Source: Chlamydiales bacterium
Lineage (GTDB): Bacteria > Chlamydiota > Chlamydiia > Chlamydiales > JAAZZY01
Length of the DNA stretch: 64,000 nt
Reading direction: 5' to 3'
Assembly: GCA_965206695.1 (NCBI GenBank)
Contig: CBDBKM010000005.1
Span: 143,730-207,729, forward strand
Of this stretch, positions 21,023 to 32,615 are shown piece after piece. Positions within the stretch are counted from its first letter, which is position 1; each line of letters starts with the position of its first letter. A program made the position numbers and the translations under genes. The notes under the pieces were generated by a model. The model saw nothing but the letters and a program-made list of their open reading frames with translations, ran no database searches and had not been told where the DNA came from.

Positions 21023-21957
21023 TAGTCGTTTAATTTTACATTGATAAGATTGCTTGATCAATGGCGAATGTAAAATTCGTAACTTTTCGTAATATCTCTC
21101 TAACTTTATTTTTCATATTAGCCCAATATTTTTCTATAGGATTTAAGTCCGGAGAATATGGAGGAAGAAACATAAGCTTACAACCGGCAGATTCTACTAT
21201 TTTCCTGCTTTCCGCTGACTTGTGAAAACCTGCATTGTCAAGAATAAGAACACTACCGGGTGTAAGCTGAGGAGTCAAAACTTCCTTAAGCCAAATATTG
21301 AATAACCCGGTATTACAAGTACCTTCAAAACACATTGGAGATAAAAACTGCCCTTTAGATAGGGCTGAAATAATATTTTGCCTTATAAAGCGGTTTCCTG
21401 AAACCGCTCCAAAAACTTTTTTGCCGCGTAAGCTTCTTCCGGACTCACGAAATAAAAATTGATGAATCCCGGTTTCATCGAGATAAATTCTCTTGTCAAA
21501 GGGAATATTTTTTAAATCTTTCATAAAAGCTTCCCGTTTCTTTTCATCTCTTTCCTTATAGCGAGTAGTTTTTTTTTTCGTGTAATTTTTAATCTTTTAA
21601 GGGCATAAAAAATCGTTTGCGGAGTGACTGAAAAATAATCAGCAATTTCCGATAAAAAATAATCCGGATGTTTTTCTACATATTTAGATAACAACTCATC
21701 ATCTAATTTCTTATAAGCATATTTTCTGCGGATTGGCTTTAAATGTCCTTTTTGCTTTTTTTGCAAGATCCATCGATATATTGTTGCGATACCTACTTGA
21801 AAAATATGGCCGGCTGTTTTTTTATCATGATGTTTTTCTATATGTTGTAATACTTTCTCTCGAAGATCTACTGAATAGGCTCTAGGCATTGTTTTGTCCT
21901 TACTGTTTGTATAAAAAAAAAAGGATAACATATTATCAAATAAAAATTAAAATACTA
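21023..21957 (-). mobile_element. IS630 type A, full copy
   Basis: Same ends and ORFs as other copies. Confidence 0.95.
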
Positions 21958-21959
21958 TA

Positions 21960-22301
21960 AAGCCTGTTAAGGATAGATTTCACACATTAACAGCAGATAA
22001 TGGTTTAGAGTTTTCTCGGCATCAAGAAGTAAGTTCAACACTCAAAGCAGAGTTTTTTTGCTAAACCCTATCATTCCCGGGAAAGAGGCTTGAATGAACA
22101 TACGAATGGGTTAGTTAGACAGTATTTGCCTAAGAAAACAAACTTTAATAATGTGACACAAGAGGATGTAAAAGAGATAGAAAAACTGCTTAATGAAAGA
22201 CCTAGAAAAAGTTTGAATTTTAAAACACCTATAGAGGTTTTCAATCCGAAGAATTTGTGCTATAATAGAGTACAAGTTTGTTGCACTTCATAGTTGAAAA
22301 G
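21960..22301 (+). mobile_element. IS30-family 3' remnant
   Basis: TLTADNGLEF, ERGLNEHTNGLVRQYLPK, LNERPRK; end TTGCACTTCATAGTTGAAAAG. Confidence 0.85.
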
Positions 22302-22517
22302 ACAATGCCGGTTTTCACAAGTCAGCGGAAAGCAGGAAAACAGTAGAATCTGCCGGTTGTAAGCTTATGTTTCTTCCTCCATATTCTCCGGACTTAAATC
22401 CTATAGAAAAATATTGGGCTAATATGAAAAATAAAGTTAGAGAGATATTACGAAAAGTTACGAATTTTAAATTCGCCATTGATCAAGCAATCTTATCAAT
22501 ACAAAATTAAATGACTA
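22302..22517 (+). mobile_element. IS630 type A 3' fragment
   Basis: DNAGFHK...through the right end. Confidence 0.9.
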
Positions 22518-22519
22518 TA

Positions 22520-23295
22520 ATGTCATAACAAATTTTTGGACCGGTATTAACCTATTTACCGGCGCATCCTTTACTTCCTCAGCGGTTTTACGCGAGACCT
22601 TTTCCGGTTTTGTTAGCTTTGAGACTCTTTTGACCATTCAGACAATGACTCCGCTCCCTTCCGTTCCTATGATTGTATCTAGCTCCCAATCGCCTAAACG
22701 AGTTTTCTTCTCTACGATATCAGGTCTTTCAGAAATATCTATCCGTCCGGGAATACATCCTCGTCCGGCCCTATTTTTACCCCGCTTGTTATATTTCTTT
22801 CCACTATGTCTAAGGTGTTTATAAAACAGGCTCCTCTTTTCTTGTCCTCCCAAACATATTTATAGATTGTCTCATGACTTATAGCTTCTTGATACCGTTT
22901 CTTCTTCAGCCATCCTGATATTTGATCGGGGGCTCCACTGCAGGCTTAACTTCTCTTCGATAACGGCAATCATTGCACTACCCATCTTTGGGTTTTGGAG
23001 CCTCGTCTCTTTAAAGCCTTCTCTTGAACCTGTTGATACCGATATCCACGATTTCGTTTTAGTTCGCGATAAACAGTAGATCGATCCACTTTTAACTCAT
23101 TGGAAACTAGGGTGATAGGATCTCTTCTTCTTATTCAAGGTGTACAATTGGCATCTCTTGTCTTTCTTTAAGTGACGGTAGCCGTTTGGCATCTTTCCTC
23201 CTTGGTTTTCTTACGTTTACCATAGGAAGTTTTTTTACCATCTTCAGACAAGTTTAATTTGCATCGGTTTGTTGCACTTCGATGTTGAAAGGGCG
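22520..23295 (-). mobile_element. IS30-family element, 5' part, pseudogenised (copy of 54752-55834)
   Basis: End GTTGCACTTCGATGTTGAAAGGGCG; ISERP...GDWELDT. Confidence 0.88.
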
Positions 23296-23711
23296 ATTCA
23301 TCACACGTCTCCTTTAAAAAAAAGCATAATAGCTTTTTAGAAAAATAGTCACTTAGATTTCAATAATCCCATAATATATTGAGGCATAAGATGAATATCT
23401 AAACCTATACCATCTAAACCTTGTTCCTTCCAATCATTATAAATAGGGAGAGGCTCCTCATAAAAAGGATGTTTAAAAGCATCAGGAACTCGCCCATCAA
23501 TTAACATAAAAATTGCATCTATTAAGTTAACTACCTATAAAGAAATAAGATAAATTAAAGCTCTGTTGATATCAAAAAGTTTAATATTTATACCTTCATC
23601 GTGCTTTTTCGGATCGTTTTAGGAGAAAAAATTGGGGACGGTTGGACGCATTCAGAACTTTTGATTGGAAAAAATTAGAAAATATAACAAATAATATTAT
23701 TGGAAATTAGA

Positions 23712-25352
23712 TCATACTAGCTCTCCGTAAATGGTCAATCGACCAAGATTGTCAGGGAGCTCCTTTACTCTATCTTTAAAAGATTCCAGAATACTATCTT
23801 TTAATGCTCTACCGCTATTAAAACCCGTGATAACAGTTATATGTGGTATTTTATTCTGATTCATAAAAAATTGTATTGCTACTTTGGCAACAGAAGGATG
23901 GATTCCTGACATGCCATCTCCGCCTTTCATTGGATAAGTATAAAACGAGTTGCGATGTAAGTTTAAAGTATTATTGTTTAACTCCTGTATCAAACCTTCA
24001 ATATACATCTTAGCAAAGATCTCCAAAGCCTTCTCTGTTTTACCACCTTTTTCACAAGCAGAGATGACAGCATTATAGGTAATCTCATCAGGTGTAATAC
24101 CGGCATCAGGCATCTTATTAAAGATCTCCAAAGCCTTCTCTGCTTTACCACCTTTTTCACAAGCAGAGATGATAGCATTATAGGTAATCACATTAGGTTT
24201 AATAGCGGCATCAAGCATCTTAATCTTATTAAAGATCTCCAAAGCCTTCTCTGTTTTACCACCTTTTTCACAAGCAGAGATGATAGCACTATAGGTAATC
24301 ACATTAGGTGTAATACCGGCATCAGGCATCTTATTAAAGATCTCCAAAGCCTCCTCTGCTTTACCACCTTTTTCACAAGCAGAGATGACAGCATTATAGA
24401 TAATCACATCAGGTGTAATACCAACAGGAGTTGCCTTAAAGATCTCCAAAGCCTCCTCTGCTTTACCACCTTTTTCACAAGCAGAGATGACAGCACTATA
24501 GGTAATCACACTAGGTTTAATACCGGCATCAAGCATCTTATTAAAGATCTCCAAAGCCTCCTCTGCTTTACCACCTTTTTTACAAGCAGAGATGACAGCA
24601 CTATAGGTAATCTTATTAGGTGGAATACCGGCATCAGGCATCTTATTAAAGATCTCCAAAGCCTCCTCTGTTTTACCACCTTTTTCACAAGCAGAGATGA
24701 CAGCACTATAGGTAATCACATCAGGTTTAATACCAACAGGAATTGCCTTAAAGATCTCCAAAGCCTCCTCTGCTTTACCACCTTTTTCACAAGCAGAGAT
24801 GACAGTATTATAGATAATCACATCAGGTGGAATACCGGCATCAGTTAAATTGTTGAGTAATCTAATAGCATCTTGATAATTGGCGGTAGGTTTTGTAATT
24901 AAAGATACGGTACACTTCAAAACATCTTGGAGATTTTTAGTTCCGCTACGATACTGCTTAATGATGATGCTATTATCCAATACAGGTTTATGTTGTCTTG
25001 ATGCTGAGGAGTTTTGCCCGCTAAAAGACGAGCAAGAAGCTCTATTATAATTAGATAACGTATGAGACGCTAAAGATTGAACCTGATTTAAGATAGATTC
25101 TTTTTGAGAGGGCTTTAATTGTAACCAATTTTCTGTTAAATCTCCGTATCCTGTTAAATCTCCGTATCTTAGTGAACTGGCGGGTGTTTTATCTTTTATA
25201 TATGCACTAAAATGATCTTCTATACCTTGATCATGCTGATAGTGGACAAAATAATCATTATACCTCAGTCTGTTGGATTTAATATACTCTTTATTATTAA
25301 ATATATAATTATTTATTAGATTAAATTCTGTAGAAGAGTTACTGGTTAACAT
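23712..25352 (-). CDS. PPR-Smr protein, copy 1 (8 P-type PPR repeats plus Smr-like domain)
   Basis: Repeats VITYxAVISACEKGGKAEEALEIFNKMxDAGIxP(D/N) match the PPR consensus; C-terminus TLNLH...GIHPSVA...ITVITG...LKDSI...NLGRL matches the Smr pattern. Confidence 0.9.
   Translation of the reverse strand: MLTSNSSTEFNLINNYIFNNKEYIKSNRLRYNDYFVHYQHDQGIEDHFSAYIKDKTPASSLRYGDLTGYGDLTENWLQLKPSQKESILNQVQSLASHTLSNYNRASCSSFSGQNSSASRQHKPVLDNSIIIKQYRSGTKNLQDVLKCTVSLITKPTANYQDAIRLLNNLTDAGIPPDVIIYNTVISACEKGGKAEEALEIFKAIPVGIKPDVITYSAVISACEKGGKTEEALEIFNKMPDAGIPPNKITYSAVISACKKGGKAEEALEIFNKMLDAGIKPSVITYSAVISACEKGGKAEEALEIFKATPVGITPDVIIYNAVISACEKGGKAEEALEIFNKMPDAGITPNVITYSAIISACEKGGKTEKALEIFNKIKMLDAAIKPNVITYNAIISACEKGGKAEKALEIFNKMPDAGITPDEITYNAVISACEKGGKTEKALEIFAKMYIEGLIQELNNNTLNLHRNSFYTYPMKGGDGMSGIHPSVAKVAIQFFMNQNKIPHITVITGFNSGRALKDSILESFKDRVKELPDNLGRLTIYGELV
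23982..24821 (-). repeat. PPR array 1: 8 units of 102-111 bp
   Basis: Unit lengths 34,35,35,34,35,37,35,35 aa; code pairs ND,SN,SS,SD,NN,SN,ND,N(E). Confidence 0.92.
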
Positions 25353-25535
25353 AAATTCTAATATAAGGTTATTTATTTAACTAAAATATAACATAATTAA
25401 TGTATTACTTAAACTTAAAAGATGATAAATAGTAAATATCTTTTAAGGTTATTTGATTATAATTTTAAAGGTTAAATTAAAATATGTAATCTAATTTATT
25501 ATTGAAAAAAATTAGGTACTTTTGAAGCTTTTGAA

Positions 25536-26702
25536 CTTAGTACAGGACAAAAAAAATGAGATTGAAGTAACTCGCTGATATGCAGTAATCTTTTTTGAAA
25601 AAAAGGAGATTTTAACATGCATATCAATGAGTTATCCGGGATCTTAAACCGATACTTCAATTTTCACAAGGCTCGTGCTGATTGCCTTGCTCAGCTTGTG
25701 ATAGCAATGATCACTGTTAAGACTGTGAATTTCGCACATCTTGCAACCTCTTTTATCACGCAGTCTCTTCCGGAGTCATGCTACAAACGCATTCAGAGAT
25801 TCTTTAGATTTCTAAAATTTGATCCTTTTGCCCTTGCTTCTATGGTAATCACCCTTTTTGATCTAAAAAATAAAAAACTGAAATTGGCTCTTGATCGAAC
25901 GAAGCGGAAGTTTGGGAAAATAGACATTAACATTCTTATGCTTACAGTAGCCTATAAGGGAATTGCTCTTCCTTTGATGTGGAGTCTTCTACAAAAAAGA
26001 GGAAATTCCAATACTTTAGAACGAATCGAGTTGATAAAACGTATTCTCCTTCTTATTGGAGCCGGAAACATTGACTCTCTCCTTGGAGATAGAGAGTTTG
26101 TTGGATCAGAGTGGATTCAGTGGCTAGATGAGCAAGAAATTCCTTTTCTTTTTCGTGTTCGTAACAACAGTTTACCGGAGGGAGTGTTGCCAATAAATAT
26201 CTTTTTTAAAAGATTACCTTTTGGCAAGACACTTAAAAATGCAAAAACTGTCTTGTGGGGAAGAAGTATTTATCTAAGCACAAGATGGTCTTACAAGAAA
26301 GATGAGCTTGTTACAATTATCTCCAATCGGAATTTCTACAACCCCTTCAAGGTCTATCGTAAAAGATGGGAGATTGAGACATTCTTTGGATGTTTGAAGA
26401 AAAGGGGGTTTTGCTTTGAAGACACACACCTCATACATATTTCCGGAATAAAAAAACTTGTTTTCGTTTTTGCAATAGCATTTTGCCGGAGTCATCGCGT
26501 AGGAGAGGCTAAGGAAACAAATACTCCGATCAAAATAAAATCTCATGATCGTAAGGCAAAGAGTATTTTTAGGTATGGATTTGATGAGCTGCGAGCAATA
26601 TTTTTAAGAGTTAGAGAGAAACTTGAGGAGTGTGTTAATTACCTTAACTTGCTGATTATTAATCATAAAATAGAGCTGTCTTGAAAAATGTCCTGTACTA
26701 AG
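25536..26702 (+). mobile_element. IS4-family element with 355-aa transposase (25617-26684)
   Basis: TIR CTTAGTACAGGACA / TGTCCTGTACTAAG; LALDRT, LLGDREFVG, YRKRWEIETFFGCLK (YREK). Confidence 0.92.
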
Positions 26703-26980
26703 ATGGATATGAGTAAATCTTACATAAGTGGTGCGGAGCAGTATCTCAACGGTATTGATATTGTATTTGACCGCTTTCATATTACATAAATAATGAATAA
26801 AGCTCTCGACAGGCTCCGTAAATAAGAGTACGCTCAGCTTGATAAAAAGGATAAAAAAGTTCTTACAGGGCAACGTTTTTTACTTTTGAAAAATTACTCT
26901 AATCTCTCTCAGAAGATGAAATAATAACATTGAATAAACTCTTCGCAGTAAATACCCGGCTTGTTCATGCCCATGCTCTT
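26703..26980 (+). pseudogene. ISL3-like transposase remnant
   Basis: MDMSKSYISGAEQYL...IVFDRFHI with in-frame stops. Confidence 0.7.
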
Positions 26981-26981
26981 A

Positions 26982-27100
26982 TAGTATTTTAATTTTTATT
27001 TGATAATATGTTATCCTTTTTTTTTTATACAAACAGTAAGGACAAAACAATGCCTAGAGCCTATTCAGTAGATCTTCGAGAGAAAGTATTACAACATATA
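26982..27100 (+). mobile_element. IS630 type A left fragment, cut by IS630 type B
   Basis: Left end to VLQHI, then TA and the type B end. Confidence 0.88.
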
Positions 27101-28194
27101 TACTCATCACGAATAAACCTCCGGATATTTTGTATTCGTATAGTGTAAATTATTTTGTATGAATTCATTTTTAACACTATCAGAAGAAAAGCATCTCAGA
27201 CAGCAACATAAACGAGAAAAGAATGGTCGTATACGAGATCGTATCAAGGCTGTTCTATTGTCGAATAAAGGTTGGAGTAATACTCGTATTGCTGAAGCTG
27301 TGCTTTTAGACGATGAAACAGTGTCTCGTCACATTAAAGAATATCAAAATAAACAGCAATTGCATGTAGAAAGCGGTGGTTCAGTCAGTAAACTTCTTGC
27401 GCCACAGTCAGAAGAATTCATTAAACATTTAACAACTCATACCTATGTCAAAGTAGAAGATATCTGTTCTTATGTTCTCGCGAAATATGGCATTGTTTAT
27501 ACGATTTCAGGGATGACTTCTTGGCTACACTCACATGGTTTTTCCTATAAAAAGCCTAAAGGTACACCGGCTAAGGCAAATTCTGATCAACAAAAAGCTT
27601 GGATGCAATTTTACGCCAAGCTTATGGCATCTCTGCCTAAAAATGAGCCTGTTGAATTTGCTGATGGTGTACATCCAACTATGGCAACTAAAATTTCTTA
27701 TGGTTGGATTCGACCGGGAACAGATAAATTGATTGCAACAACAGCTTCTCGTACTCGAATGAATCTTATGGGGTCTATCAATTTAAACAGTATGAAGGTA
27801 ACAATAGATGCTTATGAAACATTAAATAGCGGTACCACGGCAAAGCATTTTGCTTTGCTACGGTCAAAATACCCCTCAGCTCCAAATATCCATCTTATTT
27901 TAGATCAAGGCCCTTATAATACAAGTATTCAGACCAAACAAGAAGCAGAAAAACAAGGTATTATTCTCTATTATTTACCTTCTTACAGTCCTAACCTCAA
28001 TCCCATTGAACGATTATGGAAAGTGATGAATGAATATTGTCGCAATAATCGGTTTTTTAATTCTGCTAAAGAATTTCGGAGATCGATTACCGGATTTTTT
28101 GAAAATACTTGGCCCTCTATTGCTCAATCAATGAGGAAACGAATCAATGATCATTTTCAAGTCTTAGAATCGGCACTTTGATTCATAAGGGGTA
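27101..28194 (+). mobile_element. IS630 type B with single intact 340-aa transposase (27159-28181)
   Basis: FADGVHP, ILDQGPY, LPSYSPNLNPIERLW; ends TACTCATCACGAAT / ATTCATAAGGGGTA flanked by TA. Confidence 0.92.
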
Positions 28195-28496
28195 TAGATC
28201 CTTTATCGGGTGTCGTTGAATAAGGAGCTGAGACCCCTGAAGGAATTTGTGAACTTAATGAAAACATTTTTAAACCTCGACCGACATTATTTTATTAGTT
28301 TATTAGCGAATTACACATATACTGTATTAAAAAACAATAAAACCTTTATTAAAAAAAATAATTTAATAGAAACTACATTAATAAACTACCCCCACAAAAG
28401 TTATTGATAACTAAGAAATTATTTTCCAAACTCTCTTTTTTAGATGAGAAACACAAATACTTTTAAACTATAAATATTTCATGATATTTGCTTATT

Positions 28497-28580
28497 CAAA
28501 AGGTCCAAAAGGTCCAAAAGGTCCAAAAGGTCCAAAAGGTCCAAAAGGTCCAAAAGGTCCAAAAGGTCCAAAAGGTTCAA
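28497..28580 (+). repeat. 9-bp tandem repeat (CAAAAGGTC)x8 plus one imperfect unit
   Basis: Directly visible. Confidence 0.95.
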
Positions 28581-28874
28581 ATATAAATCTTCTTTAATAA
28601 CACTACCTTAATTCATTGATAACCTGTAATGGATTTTAACTAATCAAGAAATCTCTTAAATAGACAAGATTCCAATATTACTATTATACTTATAGCTTTT
28701 GTGAAAAAAATGAGGTTTATATGGTTTCATCAATCAATCAAAATGATTATTTTAATAACACTAATAGTAGATCATTAAAAGACATTATTTAATCAGTATT
28801 CTAATACTACAATAGAGGATTCTTATCTAAAAGCCATTGATGAAAAAGACTATGAAGCTATACAGATACTACTA

Positions 28875-29415
28875 TATTATTTTAATTTTTATTTGATAAT
28901 ATGTTATCCTTCTTTTTTTATACAAACAGTAAGGATAAAACAATGCCTAGAGCCTATTCAGTAGATCTTCGAGAGAAAGTATTACAACACATAGAAAAAC
29001 ATCATGATAAAAAAACAGCCGGCCATATTTTTCAAGTAGGTATTGCAACAATATATCGATGGATCTTGCAAAAAAAGCAAAAAGGACATTTAAAGCCAAT
29101 CCGCAGAAAATATGCTTATAAGAAATACCGGGTTATTCAATATTTGGCTTAAGGAAGTTTTGACTCCTCAGCTTACACCCGGTAGTGTTCTTATTCTTAA
29201 CAATGCCGGTTTTCACAAGTCAGCGGAAAGCAGGAAAATAGTAGAATCTGCCGGTTGTAAGCTTATGTTTCTTCCTCCATATTCTCCGGACTTAAATCCT
29301 ATAGAAAAATATTGGGCTAATATGAAAAATAAAGTTAGAGAGATATTACGAAAAGTTACGAATTTTAAATTCGCCATTGATCAAGCAATCTTATCAATAT
29401 AAAATTAAACGACTA
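28875..29415 (+). mobile_element. IS630 type A, internally deleted, both ends present
   Basis: Junction ...TATAAGAAAT|ACCGGGTTATTC removes about 390 bp. Confidence 0.9.
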
Positions 29416-29439
29416 TATGTAAGATTTACTCATATCCAT

Positions 29440-30607
29440 CTTAGTACAGGACATTTTTCAAGACAGCTCTATTTTATGATTAATAATCAGCAAGTTAAGG
29501 TAATTAACACACTCCTCAAGTTTCTCTCTAACTCTTAAAAATATTGCTCGCAGCTCATCAAATCCATACCTAAAAATACTCTTTACCTTACGATCATGAG
29601 ATTTTATTTTGATCGGAGTATTTGTTTCCTTAGCCTCTCCTACGCGATGACTCCGGCAAAATGCTATTGCAAAAACGAAAACAAGTTTTTTTATTCCGGA
29701 AATATGTATGAGGTGTGTGTCTTCAAAGCAAAACCCCCTTTTCTTCAAACATCCAAAGAATGTCTCAATCTCCCATCTTTTACGATAGACCTTGAAGGGG
29801 TTGTAGAAATTCCGATTGGAGATAATTGTAACAAGCTCATCTTTCTTGTAAGACCATCTTGTGCTTAGATAAATACTTCTTCCCCACAAGACAGTTTTTG
29901 CATTTTTAAGTGTCTTGCCAAAAGGTAATCTTTTAAAAAAAGATATTTATTGGCAACACTCCCTCCGGTAAACTGTTGTTACGAACACGAAAAAGAAAAG
30001 GAATTTCTTGCTCATCTAGCCACTGAATCCACTCTGATCCAACAAACTCTCTATCTCCAAGGAGAGAGTCAATGTTTCCGGCTCCAATAAGAAGGAGAAT
30101 ACGTTTTATCAACTCGATTCGTTCTAAAGTATTGGAATTTCCTCTTTTTTGTAGAAGACTCCACATCAAAGGAAGAGCAATTCCCTTATAGGCTACTGTA
30201 AGCATAAGAATGTTAATGTCTATTTTCCCAAACTTCCGCTTCGTTCGATCAAGAGCCAATTTCAGTTTTTTATTTTTTAGATCAAAAAGGGTGATTACCA
30301 TAGAAGCAAGGGCAAAAGGATCAAATTTTAGAAATCTAAAGAATCTCTGAATGCGTTTGTAGCATGACTCCGGAAGAGACTGCGTGATAAAAGAGGTTGC
30401 AAGATGTGCGAAATTCACAGTCTTAACAGTGATCATTGCTATCACAAGCTGAGCAAGGCAATCAGCACGAGCCTTGTGAAAATTGAAGTATCGGTTTAAG
30501 ATCCCGGATAACTCATTGATATGCATGTTAAAATCTCCTTTTTTTCAAAAAAGATTACTGCATATCAGCGAGTTACTTCAATCTCATTTTTTTTGTCCTG
30601 TACTAAG
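29440..30607 (-). mobile_element. IS4-family element copy 2, frameshifted
   Basis: Same TIRs; one extra base in a T-run near 29935 splits the transposase. Confidence 0.9.
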
Positions 30608-30790
30608 TTCAAAAGCTTCAAAAGTACCTAATTTTTTTCAATAATAAATTAGATTACATATTTTAATTTAACCTTTAAAATTATAATCAAATAACCTTAA
30701 AAGATATTTACTATTTATCATCTTTTAAGTTTAAGTAATACATTAATTATGTTATATTTTAGTTAAATAAATAACCTTATATTAGAATTT

Positions 30791-32431
30791 ATGTTAACCA
30801 GTAACTCTTCTACAGAATTTAATCTAATAAATAATTATATATTTAATAATAAAGAGTATATTAAATCCAACAGACTGAGGTATAATGATTATTTTGTCCA
30901 CTATCAGCATGATCAAGGTATAGAAGATCATTTTAGTGCATATATAAAAGATAAAACACCCGCCAGTTCACTAAGATACGGAGATTTAACAGGATACGGA
31001 GATTTAACAGAAAATTGGTTACAATTAAAGCCCTCTCAAAAAGAATCTATCTTAAATCAGGTTCAATCTTTAGCGTCTCATACGTTATCTAATTATAATA
31101 GAGCTTCTTGCTCGTCTTTTAGCGGGCAAAACTCCTCAGCATCAAGACAACATAAACCTGTATTGGATAATAGCATCATCATTAAGCAGTATGGTAGCGG
31201 AACTAAAAATCTCCAAGATGTTTTGAAGTGTACCGTATCTTTAATTACAAAACCTACCGCCAATTATCAAGATGCTATTAGATTACTCAACAATTTAACT
31301 GATGCCGGTATTAAACCTAATGTGATTACCTATACTGCTGTCATCTCTGCTTGTAAAAAAGGTGGTAAAGCAGAGGAGGCTTTGGAGATCTTTAATAAGA
31401 TGCTTGATGCCGCTATTACACCTAATGTGATTACCTATAGTGCTGTCATCTCTGCTTGTGAAAAAGGTGGTAAAGCAGAGGAGGCTTTGGAGATCTTTAA
31501 TAAGATGCTTGATGCCGGTATTAAACCTGATGTGATTACCTATAATGCTGTCATCTCTGCTTGTGAAAAAGGTGGTAAAGCAGAGGAGGCTTTGGAGATC
31601 TTTAATAAGATGCTTGATGCCGGTATTACACCTGATGTGATTACCTATAGTGCTGTCATCTCTGCTTATGAAAAAGGTGGTAAAGCAGAGGAGGCTTTGG
31701 AGATCTTTAATAAGATGCCTGATGCCGGTATTACACCTGATGTGATTACCTATACTGCTGTCATCTCTGCTTGTGCAAAAGGTGGTAAAGCAGAGAAGGC
31801 TTTGGAGATCTTTAATAAGATGCCTGATGCCGCTATTAAACCTAATGTGATTACCTATAGTGCTGTCATCTCTGCTTGTGAAAAAGGTGGTAAAGCAGAG
31901 GAGGCTTTGGAGATCTTTAATAAGATGCCTGATGCCGGTATTAAACCTGATGTGATTACCTATACTGCTGTCATCTCTGCTTGTGAAAAAGGTGGTAAAG
32001 CAGAGGAGGCTTTGGAGATCTTTAATAAGATGCCTGATGCCGGTATTACACCTAATGTGATTACCTATAATGCTGTCATCTCTGCTTGTGAAAAAGGTGG
32101 TAAACCAGAGAAGGCTTTGGAGATCTTTGCTAAGATGTATATTGAAGGTTTGATACAGGAGTTAAACAATAATACTTTAAACTTACATCGCAACTCGTTT
32201 TATACTTATCCAATGAAAGGCGGAGATGGCATGTCAGGAATCCATCCTTCTGTTGCCAAAGTAGCAATACAATTTTTTATGAATCAGAATAAAATACCAC
32301 ATATAACTGTTATCACGGGTTTTAATAGCGGTAGAGCATTAAAAGATAGTATTCTGGAATCTTTTAAAGATAGAGTAAAGGAGCTCCCTGACAATCTTGG
32401 TCGATTGACCATTTACGGAGAGCTAGTATGA
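30791..32431 (+). CDS. PPR-Smr protein, copy 2 (8 P-type PPR repeats plus Smr-like domain)
   Basis: N- and C-terminal regions essentially identical to copy 1; different repeat array. Confidence 0.9.
   Translation: MLTSNSSTEFNLINNYIFNNKEYIKSNRLRYNDYFVHYQHDQGIEDHFSAYIKDKTPASSLRYGDLTGYGDLTENWLQLKPSQKESILNQVQSLASHTLSNYNRASCSSFSGQNSSASRQHKPVLDNSIIIKQYGSGTKNLQDVLKCTVSLITKPTANYQDAIRLLNNLTDAGIKPNVITYTAVISACKKGGKAEEALEIFNKMLDAAITPNVITYSAVISACEKGGKAEEALEIFNKMLDAGIKPDVITYNAVISACEKGGKAEEALEIFNKMLDAGITPDVITYSAVISAYEKGGKAEEALEIFNKMPDAGITPDVITYTAVISACAKGGKAEKALEIFNKMPDAAIKPNVITYSAVISACEKGGKAEEALEIFNKMPDAGIKPDVITYTAVISACEKGGKAEEALEIFNKMPDAGITPNVITYNAVISACEKGGKPEKALEIFAKMYIEGLIQELNNNTLNLHRNSFYTYPMKGGDGMSGIHPSVAKVAIQFFMNQNKIPHITVITGFNSGRALKDSILESFKDRVKELPDNLGRLTIYGELV
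31322..32161 (+). repeat. PPR array 2: 8 x 105 bp
   Basis: Code pairs TN,SD,ND,SD,TN,SD,TN,N(E). Confidence 0.95.
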
Positions 32432-32615
32432 TCTAATTTCCAATAATATTATTTGTTATATTTTCTAATTTTTTCCAATCAAAAGTTCTGAATGCGTCCA
32501 ACCGTCCCCAATTTTTTCTCCTAAAACGATCCGAAAAAGCACGATGAAGGTATAAATATTAAACTTTTTGATATCAACAGAGCTTTAATTTATCTTATTT
32601 CTTTATAGGTAGTTA

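Larger units (their letters stand above)
23528..26726 (-). repeat. 3.2-kb segment (PPR-Smr gene plus IS4) duplicated in inverted orientation at 29416-32615
   Basis: Reverse-complement match read at both ends and through non-repeat coding and intergenic parts. Confidence 0.92.
29416..32615 (+). repeat. Inverted duplicate of 23528-26726, bounded exactly by two IS630 type A right ends
   Basis: Similarity starts at the TA after GACTA (29415) and stops at the TA before TAGTC (32616). Confidence 0.92.

Noticed and set aside
23982..32161. 105-bp tandem arrays as CRISPR arrays or DGR template/variable repeats
   Set aside because: Units are in-frame coding repeats with no spacers; no cas or reverse transcriptase gene in the window; some variable sites (CTT/CCT, GGT/GCT) are not adenine positions.
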